From: Haplodiscus bocki | Lineage: Eukaryota | Length of the DNA: 64,000 nt | Direction of reading: 5' to 3' | Assembly (NCBI GenBank): GCA_965655095.1 | Contig: OZ296652.1 | Coordinates: 56,668,001 to 56,732,000 of the forward strand | Part shown: one piece after another, positions 26,401 to 41,400 of the stretch | Numbering within the stretch: position 1 is the first letter of the stretch | Layout of the letters: each line of letters opens with the position of its first letter | Made by a program: the position numbers and the translations under genes | The notes under the pieces: generated by a model | Databases searched by the model: none | Told to the model about the DNA's origin: nothing | What the model saw: only the letters and a program-made list of their open reading frames with translations

Positions 26401-29400
26401 AGATGAAAGAACAGACTGAAAAAAATCTTAGAGGAAAGCAAAAAACAAATGAAGACCGTTCCATATCTCCAGAAGTGATAACCGCGGAAAAAGATAAACC
26501 AGTAAAACTGTTTTGCACTCAGAAAAGTTAAACAATTGTTGCATAGAAAAGAAAAAATACATTTAGAACTTAGAGGAGTTACTGAATCACAAAATCGACA
26601 GTAAAAAATAACATCGAAAACGAACCATTTTGGATTTTCAAAAAAGCCTACTCGCACGGACAATTGAAACAAGAGAAGCAAACAGAAACGTAGTTTCACG
26701 AAACATGAAAGAACAGGCTGAAAGAATTTTTAGAGAAAAGCAGAAAAAAATCAAGACTGTTCCATATTTCCGTTAGCTTGAACCGTGGAGATGGATAAAA
26801 TAGTAAACATGTGTTGGACTCAAAAAAATAAAACAATTGTTGCATAAAAAAGAAAAAACACAATTGGAACTTGAAGGATTTACCAAACTTCAAAGTTGAC
26901 GGAAAATATTACAGTAAAAACAAACTGTTTTGGTTACTTAAAATAGGCCTAAGCGCACGGTCAATTGGAACCAGAGAAAAAAACGACAACACAGTTCTGC
27001 TAACACCTGACGTAACATGAACAGATACACAGTTTGAAACACAGAGCTTTTATTTATCCCACATCCTCAAAACACTTCATGTCAATTTCAAATTAACAAT
27101 GAACTCTTGAGGTGCCTTGAAGGAAAAGGTTACGATTCGAGAAGAAACAAAAATAAAACTACTCGCTGTCAGGAAGAAATTACAACAAGCTAGATATAGG
27201 TAAAATGGAAGAAAATCTATCCTTTCCTGGGACGAAAAACATGGTTGCGACTTCAAATAGACGAACATGTAAAAAAAAATTGACAAAAAAATCAAGACAA
27301 ATTTAAAATTGAAACAATCGAGGTCAGACAAAAAAAACTAATCTTTTTGCGAGAAAACTGAATATTTTTCCGAACTCTCCCTTGAGTTTCAGAGAAAACT
27401 GTCGAACAACTAATAGATACCAAGAAGGATGTACGACAAAAGGACGCATTGCAAAATGCCAAAAGCACTAATTTCCAAACAAAAAAATCCAACAAAAACT
27501 GGCACAAAGAGGAAGTCCCTGAGAAATTGAAACTCAACGGAAAGAAAACTTGGAAAAAGTTGCCCTAATGCCAGACACCAAACTAGAACTGGAATCACAA
27601 TCGATTTAATACAGAGGGGACATGACCTTATTGCAAAAGCTATATCGTTTTGGCAAAGATGTGTACCAGATCGGAATTGAGCGACGCAAAAGATTCGAAA
27701 AAATCAATCAACCTGCAAACACCGATATGCGATTCAGACAGGTCATTGAACATAATAGTCGAGGAAAAGAAAACTATACAAAATAACTAATTGACCTTGA
27801 ACTTCAAAATTGACGGAGAAACAAAAAACTAAGTTTTGAATCCGGATTCCCTGGTGCAAAAATGCCACATGACCACGAAATTTCAAAGACAATTTAGTTC
27901 TACGAAAACTTACAAATATCAAGTGACCAGAAACTTAATAGACTTTCTCGGATACTGTCAGGCGGAAGCAGTCCTTGAGGGATCAAAATTATGATTTCAA
28001 CCTATTTATTCGAAGGTCAAGGCATAAAGCAGTTACCTGGAAAAGACTGATTCCGAGATTTCACTCGGACGAAACAAATTATCAACAACATTTCGGGCCT
28101 GCAAGAAAAAAGTATTCTAACAATCGCGGATTTGGGCGCGGAAATAAATGCCAATCGAACAATAAGCGGCATCGGAAGAAAAACAATTGAAAACGCGACA
28201 ACATCCATAAAAAATAAAAAGAAACTGATCAACACAGTAACTTTCGCAGCACACAAAGGTGAAAGACGAAGCTGATGAAGACTCTTAGAGGGGAGAAGAA
28301 GAAAATGAAGACTGTTCCATATCTCCAGCAGCAATAACCATGGGATGGATAAATTAGTAAACCTGTTTAGGACTCAAGAATTTAAAACAATTGTTGCAAA
28401 AACAATGAGTCAACACATGCGTAACTTGGAGGAATTACTGAACCTCGGAAGTAGAAAAAATAACGGTGAAAACAGACCATTTTGCTTACTTAAAAAGGAA
28501 TAAGCGAGAGGTCAATTGAAACAATAAAAGCAAACATAATCGTAGTTTTACGCAAAAGATGAAGGAACATGTTGATAAAAACTTTTAGAGAAGTGCAGAA
28601 AACAAATGAAGACTGTTCCATATCTACAGCAGTATTAACCGTGGAGCAGGATAAACCAGTGAAAGTTTTTCGGACTCAACAAAAAGAAACAACTGTTGAA
28701 TAAGAATCAGAAAACCTATGCGGAACTGGGAACAATTACTGATTCACAAAGTCGACAGGAATTATAACAGTAAAAACTAACTGAGATGGTAACCTAAAAG
28801 AAGCCTACTCGGACGGTCAATTGAAACAACAGAACCAAACAAAATTGTAGATTCACAGAAAAGATGAAAGAACAGGTTGACAAAAAAATCTTAGAGAAGT
28901 GCAGAAAACGAATGGAGACCGTTACATATCTCCAGTAGTTTTAACCGTGGAGAAAGATAAACCACTAAAAATGTTTTGCACTCAGAAAAGTCAAACAATT
29001 GTTGCATAGAAAAAAAATACATTGGAACTTAGAGGAGTTACTGAATCACAAAATCGACAGCAAAAAATAAAATCAAAAACGAACCGTTCTGGTTTTTTAA
29101 AAAATCCTACTCGCACGGTTAATTGAAACAAGAGAAGCAAACAGAAACGTAATTTCACGAAACAGATGAAAGAACAGGCTGAAAAAACTACTTAGAGAAG
29201 CGCAGAAAACAAATCAAGACTGTTCCATATTTCCGTTAGCTTTAACCGTGGAGATGGATAAAATAGTGAACATGTGTTGGACTCAAAACAATTGTTGCAT
29301 AAAAATGAAACAACACCATTGGAACTTGAAGGATTTACTGAACTTCAAAGTTGACGGAAAAAATAACAGTAAAAACAGATCGTTTTGGTTACTTAAAATA

Positions 29401-32400
29401 GGCCTACACGCACGGTCAATCGAAACAGTAGAAGCAAACAAAACCGTAGTTTCACAATAAATATGAGAGAACAGGATGATTAAAACACTTAGAGAAGTGC
29501 AGAAATCAAATCAATACTGTTCCATATTCACAGTAGTATTAACTGTGGAGCAGGATAAACCAGTGAAACTGTTTCCGACTCAACAAAGTTGAAAAACTGT
29601 TGCAATAGAATCAGAAAACATACGCGGAACTTGGTAGAACTACTGATTCACAAAGTCGATAGAAAATAAAACAGAAACGAATTGAGATGGTAACCTAAAA
29701 GAAGCCTACTCGGACGGTCAATTGAAACAACAAAACCAAACAAAATTGTAGTTTCACAGAAAGGAAGAAGAAACAGGTTGAAAAAAACCTTAGAGAAGTG
29801 CAGAAAACAAATGAAGACCGTTCCATATCTCCAGTAGTACTAACCGTGGAGAGAGATAAACCACTAAAAATGTTTTGCACTCAGAAAAGTCAAACAATTG
29901 TTGCATAGAAAAAAATACATTGGAACTTAGAGGAGTTACTGAATCACAAAATCGACAGTAAAAATTAACATCAAAAACGAACCGTTTTGGATTTTCAAAA
30001 AAGCCTACTCGCACTGACAATTGAAACAAGAGAAGCAAACAGAAACGTAATTTCACGAAACAGATGAAAGAACAGGCTGAAAAAACTACTTAGAGAAGCG
30101 CAGAAAACAAATCAAGACTGTTCCATATTTCCGTTAGCTTTAACCGTGGAGATGGATAAAATAGTGAACATGTGTTGGACTCAAAACAATTGTTGCATAA
30201 AAATGAAACAACACCATTGGAACTTGAAGGATTTACTGAACTTCAAAGTTGACGGAAAAAATAACAGTAAAAACAGATCGTTTTGGTTACTTAAAATAGG
30301 CCTACACGCACGGTCAATCGAAACAGTAGAAGCAAACAAAACCGTAGTTTCACAATAAATATGAGAGAACAGGATGATTAAAACACTTAGAGAAGTGCAG
30401 AAATCAAATCAATACTGTTCCATATTCACAGTAGTATTAACTGTGGAGCAGGATAAACCAGTGAAACTGTTTCCGACTCAACAAAGTTGAAAAACTGTTG
30501 CAATAGAATCAGAAAACATACGCGGAACTTGGTAGAACTACTGATTCACAAAGTCGATAGAAAATAAAACAGAAACGAATTGAGATGGTAACCTAAAAGA
30601 AGCCTACTCGGACGGTCAATTGAAACAACAAAACCAAACAAAATTGTAGTTTCACAGAAAGGAAGAAGAAACAGGTTGAAAAAAACCTTAGAGAAGTGCA
30701 GAAAACAAATGAAGACCGTTCCATATCTCCAGTAGTACTAACCGTGGAGAGAGATAAACCACTAAAAATGTTTTGCACTCAGAAAAGTCAAACAATTGTT
30801 GCATAGAAAAAAATACATTGGAACTTAGAGGAGTTACTGAATCACAAAATCGACAGTAAAAATTAACATCAAAAACGAACCGTTTTGGTTTTTTTAAAAA
30901 AAGCCTACTCGCACGGACAAATGAAACAAGAGAAGCAAACAGAAAAGTACTTTCAAGAAACAAGACAGAATAGGCTGAAAAAAATTCTTACGGAAGTGCA
31001 GAAAACAAATCAAGACTGTTCCATATTTCCGTTAGCTTTAACCGTGGAGGTGGATAAAATAGTAAACATGTGTTGGACTCAAGAAAAAAAACAATTGTTG
31101 CATAAAAAAAGAAACAGCACAATTGGAACTTGAATGAATTAATGAAGTTCAAAATCGACGGAAACATTAACAGTAAATATATACCGTTTTGTTTACTTAA
31201 ACTAGGCCTAAGCGCACGGTCAATTGGAACCAGAGAAAAAAACAACAACATAGATCGCCTAACACCTTACGTAACATGAACAGATACAGAGTTTGAAACA
31301 GAAAGCTCATATTCATCCTACATCCTCAGAATATTTCATGTCAAGATTAACTTAACAATGAACTCTTGAGGTGCCTTGAAGGAAAAGGTTACGACTTGAG
31401 AAGAAACAAAAATAAGATTACTCGCTGTCAGGAAAAAAACAACAAGCTAGATATTGAGAAACTGGAAAAAAATCTATCCTTTCCGGGGACAAAAAACATT
31501 GTTGCGACTTGAAAAAGACGAACATGTTATCAAACTGAACAAAAAAATCAAAATAAATTTAAAACTGAAACAACCGAAGTCAGCAAAAGATATTTTTTTT
31601 GGAAACAACTGAAACTTTTTTTCTGAAGTCCCCTACAACTATTAGATACCCCTACAATCCCCCCTCAACAACTATTAGATACCAAGAAAAACCTACGACA
31701 AATGAACGCAATGAAAAAAGCCCAAAGCACTGATTTCAACAAAAACTGGCACAAAGAGAAAATCACTGTGCAACTGAAACTCAACCGGAAAAAAACTTGG
31801 AAACATTTGCCGATAATTCCAGACACCAAACTAGAACTGGAATCACAATCGCTTTACCACAGAAAGGACATTTCTTTATTGCAAAAATGACACCTCTTTT
31901 GCAAAAGTGTGCATGAGATCGTCTGTCATCGAAGCAAAAGATTGATGAAAAGTCAATGAACCCGCAAAAACCGATAAGCCATTCAAACAGGTCAATGAAT
32001 ATTGTACTCGAAAAGAGTAAAATTATACAAAATAACCAATTGGCCTTGAACGTCAAAATTGACCGAGAAATGAAAAAATATATTTTTGAATACGGATTCC
32101 TTCGTGTAAAAATGCCACATGACCACAAAATTTCAAAAGCAATATAGTTTCGCCGACAACCGATAAATATCAAAGGTGACCAGAAATTTAAAAAGACTGC
32201 CGCAGATAGTGTCCGACGGAAGCAGCGATTGAGGGATTAATATTAAGATTTCAAGCCTTTCTTCGAAAGGCAAGGCAAAAAGCAGTTACCCGGAAAGGAC
32301 TGCTTCCGAGATTTCACTTGGACGACAAAAATTATCAACTTTTCGGGCCAGTAGAAAAAGAGTATTATAACAACCGCAGATTTGGCCGTAGAATTAAAAA

Positions 32401-35400
32401 CCCATTGAACAATATGAAGCATCGGAAAATTTCAACTGAACTCGTGACAACATCCAAAAAAATTTTAAAAAAAACTGACCAACACCGCAACATTCGCAGT
32501 ACACAAAGGTAAAAAAAGAAGTTGATGAAGACTCTTAGAGAAGAGAAGAAGAAAATGAAGACTGTTCCGTATCTCCAGCGCAATAAACTTGGAGATGGAT
32601 AAAGTAGTAAACCTGTTTTGGACTCAAGAAAGTCAAACAATTGTTGCAAAAATTTGAAAAAGCACAATTGGAACTTGAAGGAATTACTGAAGTTCAAAGT
32701 CGGCGGAAAAAATAACAGTAAAAATAGACCGTTTTCGTTATTTAAAATAGGCCTAAGCGCACGGTCAATTGGAACCAGAGAAAAAAACGACAACATAGTT
32801 CTAACACCTAACGTAACATGAACAGAAACAGAGTTTGAAACAGAGAGCTCATATTTATCCTACATCCTCAGAATATTTCATGTCAAGATTAACTTAACAA
32901 TGAACTCTTGATGTTCCTTGAAGAAAGAGTACGACTTGAGAAGAAACAAAATAAAATTACTCGCAGTCACGAAAAAAAACAACAAGCTAGATATAGAGAA
33001 ACTGGAAAAAAAAACTGTTCTTTCCTGGGACGAGAAACCTTGTTGCGACCTGAAAAAGACGAGCTTTTAATACAACCGAACAAAAAAATCAAAACAAATA
33101 TAAAATTTAAACAACTGAAGTCTGCCAAAGAAATAATTTTTTCTCCGAAGCAACTGAGACTTTTTCTGAAATCCCCTTTGACTTTCAGAGAAAACTGACG
33201 AACAACTATTAGATACCAAGAAAAACCTACGACGAATGAACGCAATGCAAAATGCCCAAAGCACTGATTTCAACAAAAAATCCAACAAAAACTGGCACAA
33301 AGAGAAAATCACTGAGCAACTGAAACTCAACCGGAAAAAAAATGGAAACATTTTCCGATAATTCCAGACACCAAACTAGAACTGGAATCACAATCGCTTT
33401 ACCACAGAAAGGATATTTCTTTTTCGCAAAATTGACACCGCTTTTGCAAAAGTTTGTATGAGATCGTCTGTCATCGAAGCAAAAGATTCTTGAAAAGTCA
33501 ATGAACCCGCAAAAATCGACAATCGATTCAAACAGGTCATTGACTATAATACTCGAAAAGACCAAAATTATACAAAATAACTAATTGGCCTTGAACGTCA
33601 CAATTGACCGAAAAATGAAAAAATATATTTTTGAATACCGATTCCTTCGTGTAAAAATGCCACATGACCACAAAATTTCAAAAGCAATATAGTTTCGCCG
33701 ACAACCGATAAATATCAAAGGTGACCAGAAATTTAAAAAGATTTCCGCAGATAGTGTCCGGCGGAAGCAGCGATTGAGGGATTAACATTCAGATTTCAAG
33801 CCTTTCTTCGAAAGGCAAGGCATAAAGCAGTTACCTGGAAAAGACTGATTCCGAGATTTCACTTGGACGACACAAATTATCAACAACATTTCGGGCCTGC
33901 AGGAAAAAAATATTCTAACAATCGCGGATTTGGGCACGGAAATAAATGCCCTTCGAACAATAAGCGGCATCGGAAGAAAAACAATTGAAATCGCGACAAC
34001 ATCCATAAAAAATAAAAAGAAACTGACCAACACCGCAACTTTCGCAGTACACAAAGGTAAAAGAAGAAGTTGATGAAGACTCTTAGAGAAGAGAAGAAGA
34101 AAATGAAGACTGTTCCGTATCTCCAGCGCAATAACCTTGGAGATGGATAAAATAGTAAACCTGTTTTGGACTCAAGAAAGTAAAACAATTGTTGCATAAA
34201 AATGAAACAGCAAAATTGGAACTTGAAAGAATTACTGAAATTCAAAGTCGACTGAAAAAATAAGAGTAAAAATAAACCATTTTGGTTACTTAAAATAGGC
34301 CTAAGCGCACGGTCAATTGGAACCAGAGGAAAAAACGACAACATAGTTCTCCCAACACCTAACGTAACATGAACAGATACAGAGTTTGAAACAGAGAGCT
34401 CATAATTATCCTACATCCTCAGATTATTTCATGTCAAGATTAACTTAACAATGAACTCTTGATGTGCCTTGAAGGAAAAGATTACGACCTGAGAAGAAAC
34501 AAAAATAAAATTACTCGCTGTCAGGAAAAAAACAAAAAGCTAGATATAGAGAATTTTGAAAAAATCTATCCTTTCCTGGGACGAAAAACATTGTTGCGAC
34601 TTGAAATAGACGAGCATTTAATACAGCCGAACAAAAAAATCAAAACAATTACCAAATTTAAACAACCGAAGTCTGCCAAAGAAATAGTTTTTTTTCTCCG
34701 AAACAACTGAGACTTTTTCTGAAATCCCCTTTGACTTTCAGAGAAAATCGGCGAACAACTATTAGATACCAAGAAAGATCTACGTCAAAAGGACGCAACG
34801 TAAAATGGCAAAAGCACCATTTTCAGCAAAAAATCCAACAAAAACTGGCACAAACAGCAAATCACTGAGAAATTGAAACTCAACCGGAAAAAAACGTGGA
34901 AACATTTGCCGATAATTCCAGATACCAAAAAAGAACCGGAATCCCAATCGCTTTACTACAGAAAGGACATTTCTTGATTGCAAAATTGACACCGCTTTTG
35001 CAAAAGTGTGTATGAGATCGTCTGTCATCGAAGCAAGAGATTCATGAAAAGTCAATGAACCCGCAAAAACCGATAAGCGATTCAAACAGGTCAATGACTA
35101 TCAAACTCGAAAAGAGTAAAATTATACAAAATAACTAATTGGCCTTGAAGGTCAAAATTGACCGAGAAATGAAAAAATATATTTTTGAATAAAGCATCCT
35201 TCGAGTAAAAATGCCACATGACCACAAAATTTCAAAAGCAATATAGTTTCGCCGACAACCGATAAATATCAAAGGTGAGCAGAAATTTAAAAAGACTGCC
35301 GCGGATAGTGTCCGGCGGAAGCAGCGATTGAGGGATTAAAATTAAGATTTGAAGTCTTTTTTCGAAAGGCAAGGCATAAAGCAGTTACCCGGAAAGGACT

Positions 35401-38400
35401 GTTTCCGAGATTTCACTTGGACGACACAAATTATCAACAACATTTCGGGCCAGTAGAAAAAAAGTATTATAACAACCGCAGATTTGGGCGTAGAATTAAA
35501 ACCCATCGAACAATATGAAGCATCGGAAAATTTCAACTGAACTCGGGACAACATCCAAAAAAAATTTAAAAAAACCGACCAACACCGTAACTTTCGCAGT
35601 ACACAAAGGTAAAAGAGGAAGTTGATGAAGACTCTTAGAGAAGACAAGAAGAAATTGAAGACTGTTCCGTATCTCCAGCAGCAATAACCATGGAGATGGA
35701 TAAAATAGTAAACCTGTTTTGGACTCAAGAATTTAAAACAAATGTTGCAAAAAAAAATCAACACATGCATAACTTGGAGGAGTTACTGAATCTCAGGATT
35801 ACAAAAAATAACAGCAAAAACAGACCAGTTTGCTCACTTAAAAAGGCCTAAGCGAGAAGTCAATTGGAACCAGAGAAAAAAACGACAACATAGTTCTCCT
35901 GACACCTAACGTAACATGAACAGATACAGAGTTTGAAACAGAGAGCTCATATTTATCCGACATCCTCAGAATATTTCATGCCAAGATTAACTTAACACTG
36001 AACTCTTGGTGTGCCTTGAAGAAAAAGATTACGACCTGAAAAGAAACAAAATTAAAATTACTCGCTGTCAGGAAAAAAAACAACACGCTAGATATAGAGA
36101 AAGTTGAAAAAAATCTAGCCTTTCCTGGGACGAAAAACATTGTTGCGACTTGAAATAAACGAACATTTAATACAACCGAACAAAAAAATCAAAACAAATA
36201 CAAAATTTAAATAACCGAAGTCTGCCAAAGAAAAAATTTTCTCTCCGAAACAACTGAGACTTTTTCTGAAATCCCCTTTGACTTTCAGAGAAAATTGGCG
36301 AACAACTATTAGATACCAAGAAAGATCTACGTCAAAAGGAGACAACGTAAAAAGCCAAAAGCACCATTTTCAGCAAAAAATCCAAGAAAAACTGGCACAA
36401 AGAAAATCAGTGAGAAATTGAAACTCAACCGGAAAAAAACGTGGAAACATTTGCCGATAATTCCAGACACAAAACTAGAACTGGAATCCCAATGGCTTTA
36501 CTACAGAAAAGACAAGTCTCTATTGCAAAATTGACACCGCTTTTGCAAAAGTGTGTATGAGATCGTCTGTCATCGAAGCAAAAGATTCATGAAAAGTCAA
36601 TGAACCTGCAAAAACCGATAAGCGATTCAAACAGGTCAATGACTATAATAATCGAAAAGAGTAAAATTATACAAAATAACTAATTGGCCTTGAACGTCAA
36701 AATTGACCGAGAAATGAAAAAATATATTTTTGAATACCGATTCCTTCATGTAAAAGTGCCACATGACCACAAAATTTCAAAAACAATATAGTTTCGCCGA
36801 CAACCGATAAATATCAAAGGTGACCAGAAATTTAAAAAGACTGCCACAGATAGTGTCCGGCGGAAGCAGCGATTGAGGGATTAATATTCAGATTTCAAGC
36901 CTTTCTTCGAAAGGCAAGGCATAAAGCAGTTACCCGGAAAGGACTGTTTCCGAGATTTCACTTGGACGACACAAACTATCAACAACATTGCGGGCCAGTA
37001 GAAAAAGAGTATTATAACAACCGCAGATTCGGGCGTAGAATTAAAAACCCATCGAACAATATGAAGCATCGGAAAAATTCAACTGAACTCGGGACAACAT
37101 CCAAAAAAAATTTAAAAAAACTGACCAACACCGTAACTTTCGCAGTACACAAAGGTAAAAGAAGAAGTTGATGAAGATCTTAGAGAAGAGAAGAAGAAAA
37201 TGAAGACTGTTCCGTATCTCCAGCAGCAATAACCATGGAGATGGAGAAAATAGTAAACATGTTTTGGACTCAAGAATTTAGAACAAATGTTGCAAATAAA
37301 TGAGTCAACACAGGCGTAACTTGGAGGAATTACTGAATCTCAGGATTACAAAAATAACAGCAAAAACAGACCATTTTGCTTACTTGAAAACGCCTCAGCG
37401 AGACGTCAATTGGAACCAGAGAAAAAAACGACAACATAGTTCTAACACCTAACGTAACATGAACAGATACAGAGTTTGAAACAGAGCTCATATTTATCCG
37501 ACATTCTCAGAATATTTCATGTCAAGATTAACTTAACACTGAACTCTTGATGTGCCTTGAAGAAAAAGATTACGACCTGAGAGGAAACAAAATTAAGATT
37601 ACTCGCTGTCAGGAAAAAAACAACAAGCTAGATATAGAGGAACTTGAAAAAAATCTAGCCTTTCCTGTGACGAAGAACATTGTTGCGACTTGAAATAAAC
37701 GAGCATTTAATACAACCGAACAAAAAAATCAAAACAAATACAAAATTTAAACAACCGAAGTCTGCCAAAGAAATAGTTTTTTTTCTCCGAAACAACTGAG
37801 ACTTTTTCTGAAATCCCCTTTGACTTTCAGAGAAAATTGGCGAACAACTATTAAATACCAAGAAAGATCTACGTCAAAAGGACGCAACGTAAAATGGCAA
37901 AAGCACCATTTTCAGCAAAAAATCCAACAAAAACTGGCACAAACAGCAAATCACTGAGAAATTGAAACTCAACCGGAAAAAAACGTGGAAACATTTGCCG
38001 ATAATTCCAGATACCAAAAAAGAACCGGAATCCCAATCGCTTTACTACAGAAAGGACATTTCTTGATTGCAAAATTGACACCGCTTTTGCAAAAGTGTGT
38101 ATGAGATCGTCTGTCATCGAAGCAAGAGATTCATGAAAAGTCAATGAACCCGCAAAAACCGATAAGCGATTCAAACAGGTCAATGACTATCAAACTCGAA
38201 AAGAGTAAAATTATACAAAATAACTAATTGGCCTTGAAGGTCAAAATTGACCGAGAAATGAAAAAATATATTTTTGAATAAAGCATCCTTCGAGTAAAAA
38301 TGCCACATGACCACAAAATTTCAAAAGCAATATAGTTTCGCCGACAACCGATAAATATCAAAGGTGAGCAGAAATTTAAAAAGACTGCCGCGGATAGTGT

Positions 38401-41400
38401 CCGGCGGAAGCAGCGATTGAGGGATTAAAATTAAGATTTGAAGTCTTTTTTCGAAAGGCAAGGCATAAAGCAGTTACCCGGAAAGGACTGTTTCCGAGAT
38501 TTCACTTGGACGACACAAATTATCAACAACATTTCGGGCCAGTAGAAAAAAAGTATTATAACAACCGCAGATTTGGGCGTAGAATTAAAACCCATCGAAC
38601 AATATGAAGCATCGGAAAATTTCAACTGAACTCGGGACAACATCCAAAAAAAATTTAAAAAAACCGACCAACACCGTAACTTTCGCAGTACACAAAGGTA
38701 AAAGAGGAAGTTGATGAAGACTCTTAGAGAAGACAAGAAGAAATTGAAGACTGTTCCGTATCTCCAGCAGCAATAACCATGGAGATGGATAAAATAGTAA
38801 ACCTGTTTTGGACTCAAGAATTTAAAACAAATGTTGCAAAAAAAAATCAACACATGCATAACTTGGAGGAGTTACTGAATCTCAGGATTACAAAAAATAA
38901 CAGCAAAAACAGACCAGTTTGCTCACTTAAAAAGGCCTAAGCGAGAAGTCAATTGGAACCAGAGAAAAAAACGACAACATAGTTCTCCTGACACCTAACG
39001 TAACATGAACAGATACAGAGTTTGAAACAGAGAGCTCATATTTATCCGACATCCTCAGAATATTTCATGCCAAGATTAACTTAACACTGAACTCTTGGTG
39101 TGCCTTGAAGAAAAAGATTACGACTGAAAAGAAACAAAATTAAAATTACTCGCTGTCAGGAAAAAAAACAACACGCTAGATATAGAGAAAGTTGAAAAAA
39201 ATCTAGCCTTTCCTGGGACGAAAAACATTGTTGCGACTTGAAATAAACGAACATTTAATACAACCGAACAAAAAAATCAAAACAAATACAAAATTTAAAT
39301 AACCGAAGTCTGCCAAAGAAAAAATTTTCTCTCCGAAACAACTGAGACTTTTTCTGAAATCCCCTTTGACTTTCAGAGAAAATTGGCGAACAACTATTAG
39401 ATACCAAGAAAGATCTACGTCAAAAGGAGACAACGTAAAAAGCCAAAAGCACCATTTTCAGCAAAAAATCCAAGAAAAACTGGCACAAAGAAAATCACTG
39501 AGAAATTGAAACTCAACCGGAAAAAAACGTGGAAACATTTGCCGATAATTCCAGACACAAAACTAGAACTGGAATCCCAATGGCTTTACTACAGAAAAGA
39601 CAATTCTCTATTGCAAAATTGACACCGCTTTTGCAAAAGTGTGTATGAGATCGTCTGTCATCGAAGCAAAAGATTCATGAAAAGTCAATGAAGCTGCAAA
39701 AACCGATAAGCGATTCAAACAGGTCAATGACTATAATAATCGAAAAGAGTAAAATTATACAAAATAACTAATTGGCCTTGAACGTCAAAATTGACCGAGA
39801 AATGAAAAAATATATTTTTGAATACCGATTCCTTCATGTAAAAATGCCACATGACCACAAAATTTCAAAAACAATATAGTTTCGCCGACAACCGATAAAT
39901 ATCAAAGGTGACCAGAAATTTAAAAAGACTGCCACAGATAGTGTCCGGCGGAAGCAGCGATTGAGGGATTAATATTCAGATTTCAAGCCTTTCTTCGAAA
40001 GGCAAGGCATAAAGCAGTTACCCGGAAAGGACTGTTTCCGAGATTTCACTTGGACGACACAAACTATCAACAACATTGCGGGCCAGTAGAAAAAGAGTAT
40101 TATAACAACCGCAGATTTGGGCGTAGAATTAAAAACCCATCGAACAATATGAAGCATCGGAAAAATTCAACTGAACTCGGGACAACATCCAAAAAAAATT
40201 TAAAAAAACTGACCAACACCGTAACTTTCGCAGTACACAAAGGTAAAAGAAGAAGTTGATGAAGATCTTAGAGAAGAGAAGAAGAAAATGAAGACTGTTC
40301 CGTATCTCCAGCAGCAATAACCATGGAGATGGAGAAAATAGTAAACATGTTTTGGACTCAAGAATTTAGAACAAATGTTGCAAATAAATGAGTCAACACA
40401 GGCGTAACTTGGAGGAATTACTGAATCTCAGGATTACAAAAATAACAGCAAAAACAGACCATTTTGCTTACTTGAAAACGCCTCAGCGAGACGTCAATTG
40501 GAACCAGAGAAAAAAACGACAACATAGTTCTAACACCTAACGTAACATGAACAGATACAGAGTTTGAAACAGAGCTCATATTTATCCGACATCCTCAGAA
40601 TATTTCATGTCAAGATTAACTTAACACTGAACTCTTGATGTGCCTTGAAGAAAAAGATTACGATCTGAGAGGAAACAAAATTAAGATTACTCGCTGTCAG
40701 GAAAAAAAACAACAAGCTAGATATAGGGGAACTTGAAAAAAAATCTAGCCTTTCCTGTGACGAAGAACATTGTTGCGACTTGAAATAAACGAGCATTTAA
40801 TACAACCGAACAAAAAAATCAAAACAAATACAAAAGTTAAACAACCGAAGTCTGCCAAAGAAATAGTTTTTTTTCTCCGAAACAACTGAGACTTTTTCTG
40901 AAATCCCCTTTGACTTTCAGAGAAAATTGGCGAACAACTATTAAATACCAAGAAAGATCTACGTCAAAAGGACGCAACGTAAAATGCCAAAAGCACCATT
41001 TTCAGCAAAAAATCCAAGAAAAACTGGCACAAAGAGCAAATCACTGAGAAATTGAAAATCAACCGGAAAAAAACGTGGAAACATTTGCCGATAATTCCAG
41101 ATACCAAACTAGAACTGGAATCACAATCGCTTTACCACAGAAAGGATATTTCTTTTTTTGCAAAATTGACACCGCTTTTGCAAAAGTTTGTATGAGATCG
41201 TCTGTCATCGAAGCAAAAGATTCATGAAAAGTCAATGAACCCGCAAAAACCGACAATCGATTCAAACAGGTCGATGACTATAATACTCGAAAAGAGGAAA
41301 ACTATACAAATTAACTAATTGGCCTTGAACGTCAAAATTGACCGAGAAATGAAAAACTATATTTTTGAATAACGATTCCTTCGAGTAAAAATGCCACATG

